Positions 60,670 to 64,000 of a stretch of 64,000 bases of DNA are shown here, piece by piece. The translations under genes were made by a program, and so were the position numbers. Positions within the stretch are counted from its first letter, which is position 1. Every line of letters starts with the position of its first letter. Source of the stretch: Flavobacteriaceae bacterium (GTDB lineage Bacteria > Bacteroidota > Bacteroidia > Flavobacteriales > Flavobacteriaceae); NCBI GenBank assembly GCA_013373635.1, contig JABXHN010000002.1, positions 75,570 to 139,569 of the forward strand. Direction: 5' to 3'. The notes under the pieces were generated by a model. It had not been told where the DNA came from and ran no database searches. It worked only from the letters and a program-made list of their open reading frames with translations.

Positions 60670-60677
60670 CAAAAATA
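60670..60677 (-). promoter_or_regulatory. Candidate -7 promoter element (TATTTTTG) for the thr leader and thrABC
   Basis: Matches TAnnTTTG about 24 nt upstream of the leader ATG and just downstream of the clpC terminator. No clean -33 TTG. Confidence 0.4.
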
Positions 60678-60694
60678 GTTTATATATATTTAAA

Positions 60695-60741
60695 TAAAAG
60701 TAAAAGGAGGTATTTTTAATGAATTCATAAAAAACACCTCC
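60695..60741 (-). terminator. Intrinsic terminator after clpC
   Basis: RNA GGAGGUGUUUUUUAUGAA/UUCAUUAAAAAUACCUCC forms an 18-bp stem (one G-U pair, one mismatch). It is followed by UUUUACUUUUAUUU. Confidence 0.8.
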
Positions 60742-60788
60742 CTTGGTTGAATTAATGTAAATTGGATTTACCTATCGATGTAGTGTCC

Positions 60789-63332
60789 TTAAATCTCTTC
60801 CTTAGTTTTATTAGGTTTAAGTACGGTAAAGCTCAATTTTTCATCATTTGACTTATAGTCTAGTTTGATGGTATCTCCCTCTTCAATTTTTGAATTGACA
60901 ATTTGCTCAGCAAGTTCATCTTCGATAAATTTTTGAATCGCTCTTTTAAGAGGTCTTGCTCCAAATTGTTTATCAAAGCCTTTCTCAGCAATAAAATCTA
61001 TGGCTTTCTTGGAGAGTTTTAACTGGTACCCTAAAAGTTCAATTCTCTTGAAGAGATGTTTTAACTCAATTTGAATAATTTTAGCGATATCCTCTTTTTC
61101 GAGAGCGTTAAAGATGATTACATCGTCTATTCGGTTAAGGAATTCAGGAGCAAAAGCCTTTTTAAGAGCGTTTTCAATCACTGATCGACTGTGTTTGTCT
61201 TCTTGCGATTTCATCGCAGTTGTTCCAAAACCAACTCCTTGACCAAAATCTTTAAGCTGTCTTGAGCCTAAGTTTGAAGTCATGATGATAATGGTGTTTC
61301 TAAAGTCAATTTTACGACCTAAACTATCAGTTAAATAGCCATCATCAAGAACCTGAAGTAACATATTGAAAACATCAGGATGTGCCTTTTCTACCTCGTC
61401 TAATAAAATGACTGAGTAGGGTTTTCTGCGAACCTTTTCGGTAAGCTGTCCACCTTCTTCATATCCTACATAACCCGGAGGAGAACCAATAAGTCTCGAG
61501 ATTGCAAATTTCTCCATATACTCACTCATATCGATGCGAATTAAGGCGTCTTCAGAGTCAAATATTTCTTTGGCTAATACCTTGGCTAACTGTGTTTTAC
61601 CTACCCCTGTTTGACCTAAAAATATAAATGATCCAATGGGTTTGTTTGGGTCCTTTAATCCGGCTCTATTGCGTTGAATTGCCTTGGCAACTTTGGCTAC
61701 TGCTTCGTCTTGTCCAATCACAGATCCTTTGATAAGCTGTGGAAGTTCTGCGAGTTTAACGCTTTCTTCTTGAGCAATTCTAGTCACGGGAATTCCACTC
61801 ATCATGGATACTACATCAGCAACATGAGTCTCCGTAACGGTGTCTTTGTGTTTTTTAGCCTCTTCTTCCCAAAGCTCTTGTTCTATTTGAAGTTTTTTCT
61901 CAATTTTTTTCTCATCGTCTCTGAGTTTCGCAGCCTCTTCGTATTTCTGTTTGTTAACTACGGCGTTTTTAGCTTCTCTAACTTCCTCGAGTTCTTTTTC
62001 TAAGTTCACAATTTCTTGTGGAACATTCATATTGCTAATATGAACTCTAGATCCAGCTTCATCCAAGGCGTCGATAGCCTTATCTGGCAAGAAACGGTCA
62101 GACATATAACGCTCTGTAAGGGTAACACAAGCCTTGATGGCTTCATCGGTAAAGATGACATTGTGATGGTCTTCGTACTTCGCTTTGATATTATTGAGAA
62201 TTTCAATGGTTTCATCTATAGATGTCGGTTCTATCATCACCTTTTGAAATCTTCGTTCTAAGGCTCCATCTTTTTCGATATACTGACGGTATTCATCGAT
62301 GGTCGTAGCACCAATACATTGAATTTCTCCTCTAGCTAGAGCGGGTTTAAACATATTTGAAGCATCCAAACTACCTGTAGCTCCTCCAGCTCCTACAATA
62401 GTGTGAATTTCGTCTATAAAGAGTATGATGTCTTCATTTTTTTCAACTTCATTCATCACGGCTTTCATTCGTTCTTCAAACTGACCTCTGTATTTAGTTC
62501 CAGCCACTAATGAAGCGAGATCAAGAGTAACAACGCGTTTGTTGAACAAAACACGTGACACCTTTTTTTGAATGATTCGAAGCGCTAGTCCTTCTGCAAT
62601 AGCACTTTTACCAACTCCAGGTTCACCAATTAAAAGCGGATTGTTTTTCTTTCTTCTACTGAGAATTTGAGAAACGCGTTCAATTTCTTTTAGCCTACCC
62701 ACTACGGGATCTAATTTATTTTCCTCGGCCATTAGAGTGAGGTCTCTCCCAAAATTATCCAATACAGGAGTCTTGGATTTTTTAGCAGTTTTGGCTTTGG
62801 TAGGATTGCTATAGCGCTCTTCTCCTTGAGGCGTTTCATGTTCATCTGAAAAAGAACTTCTTGGTGTATCTGATATATAGTTGTCTTCGTTTGTAAGCAT
62901 CGTCTTAAATTGTTCTTTTACCCCTTCGTAATCCACGTTCATCTTATTGAGAATCTTTGTAGTGGGATCATTTTCATTTCTGAGAATACAAAGTAATAAG
63001 TGAGCTGTATTAATGGCAGTACTCTGAAAGAGTTTTGCTTCTAAAAAAGTGGTTTTTAAAGCGCGTTCTGCTTGTCGAGTCAAATGCAGATTGTTTTGGT
63101 CATTCAGACTAGGTTGATTGACATCAACAGGGTTTAAAGCTTCTATTTTTCTTCTCAAAAGTTCAAAATCGATCGCCAAAGCATCCAAAATATTAATCGC
63201 CTTACCGCTTCCATCTCGCAACAATCCTAGCAATAGATGTTCTGTGCCTATGAAATCGTGTCCCAATCTCAAGGCCTCCTCTTTGCTGTAGGCAATTACA
63301 TCTTTTACTCTAGGTGAAAAATTTTCATCCAT
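60789..63332 (-). CDS. clpC: ATP-dependent Clp protease ATP-binding subunit ClpC-type
   Basis: Clp_N repeats. Two AAA+ modules ([15 protein letters not shown] and [15 protein letters not shown]). UVR-like linker (..[18 protein letters not shown]..). Confidence 0.92.
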   Translation of the reverse strand: MDENFSPRVKDVIAYSKEEALRLGHDFIGTEHLLLGLLRDGSGKAINILDALAIDFELLRRKIEALNPVDVNQPSLNDQNNLHLTRQAERALKTTFLEAKLFQSTAINTAHLLLCILRNENDPTTKILNKMNVDYEGVKEQFKTMLTNEDNYISDTPRSSFSDEHETPQGEERYSNPTKAKTAKKSKTPVLDNFGRDLTLMAEENKLDPVVGRLKEIERVSQILSRRKKNNPLLIGEPGVGKSAIAEGLALRIIQKKVSRVLFNKRVVTLDLASLVAGTKYRGQFEERMKAVMNEVEKNEDIILFIDEIHTIVGAGGATGSLDASNMFKPALARGEIQCIGATTIDEYRQYIEKDGALERRFQKVMIEPTSIDETIEILNNIKAKYEDHHNVIFTDEAIKACVTLTERYMSDRFLPDKAIDALDEAGSRVHISNMNVPQEIVNLEKELEEVREAKNAVVNKQKYEEAAKLRDDEKKIEKKLQIEQELWEEEAKKHKDTVTETHVADVVSMMSGIPVTRIAQEESVKLAELPQLIKGSVIGQDEAVAKVAKAIQRNRAGLKDPNKPIGSFIFLGQTGVGKTQLAKVLAKEIFDSEDALIRIDMSEYMEKFAISRLIGSPPGYVGYEEGGQLTEKVRRKPYSVILLDEVEKAHPDVFNMLLQVLDDGYLTDSLGRKIDFRNTIIIMTSNLGSRQLKDFGQGVGFGTTAMKSQEDKHSRSVIENALKKAFAPEFLNRIDDVIIFNALEKEDIAKIIQIELKHLFKRIELLGYQLKLSKKAIDFIAEKGFDKQFGARPLKRAIQKFIEDELAEQIVNSKIEEGDTIKLDYKSNDEKLSFTVLKPNKTKEEI

Positions 63333-63586
63333 AAATTCACTTATTCCTTTAAAATTAATAAATCTCTACTAATTCTCTGGCAAATATCATACCTAATTAT
63401 AATTGATATCGATTACAATTCACAAAATTAAACACATAAAACAAAGAAATACTAGAATTATTTATCAACTTTTTGGGGGGTGAAAAATGTTGATAAATTG
63501 TTTAATAATAGCTATTCGAGCTCCTTTGTTTGCTCGCTAATTTGTTTATCTTGCCTTATTATTATAACACTAACCATATTATTTAA

Positions 63587-64000
<414 letters not shown>

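Overview
This window is an AT-rich (judged by eye), tightly packed chromosomal core region. It most likely comes from a Flavobacteriia-type member of the Bacteroidota. Three things support that: several TAnnTTTG (-7) promoter motifs sit at sensible distances from gene starts, start codons lack Shine-Dalgarno sequences, and bshC, DUF3822, miaE and exported lipoproteins are present. About 60 genes tile almost the whole window.

The genes are mostly housekeeping:
- DNA replication and repair: recQ, dnaX, a RecD-like helicase, xerD, gyrA (5' part only).
- Nucleotide synthesis: guaA, pyrG, pyrR-pyrB, cmk.
- Translation and RNA processing: rpsA, mnmA, miaE, rsmD, rnz, RNase P RNA.
- Proteostasis: lon, clpC, yidC, a cyclophilin, msrB.
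- Amino-acid and cofactor metabolism: thrA-thrB-thrC, gcvT, lpdA, aroQ, pdxH, kdsB, ppk1, bshC.

I found no rRNA, tRNA, CRISPR array, transposase, prophage or recognisable defence genes. I cannot point to a clear-cut novel multi-gene system.

Observations most worth a second look:
1. An E. coli-type A_AAA_AAG slippery heptamer inside an A10 run in dnaX, with stop codons 2-3 codons away in both alternative frames.
2. A 25-codon Thr-rich leader ORF (..STATTTTPLG) directly upstream of thrABC.
3. A four-gene operon: ECF sigma factor, single-pass membrane protein, DUF4097-like protein, DUF2807 protein.
4. bshC tightly coupled to a group II PLP-dependent decarboxylase.
5. A SixA-like histidine phosphatase joined to ppk1 by an ATGA overlap.
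6. Paralogous MFS transporters flanking aroQ, followed by a signal-less trehalase.

All functional calls come from reading motifs in the supplied translations. No database search was run.
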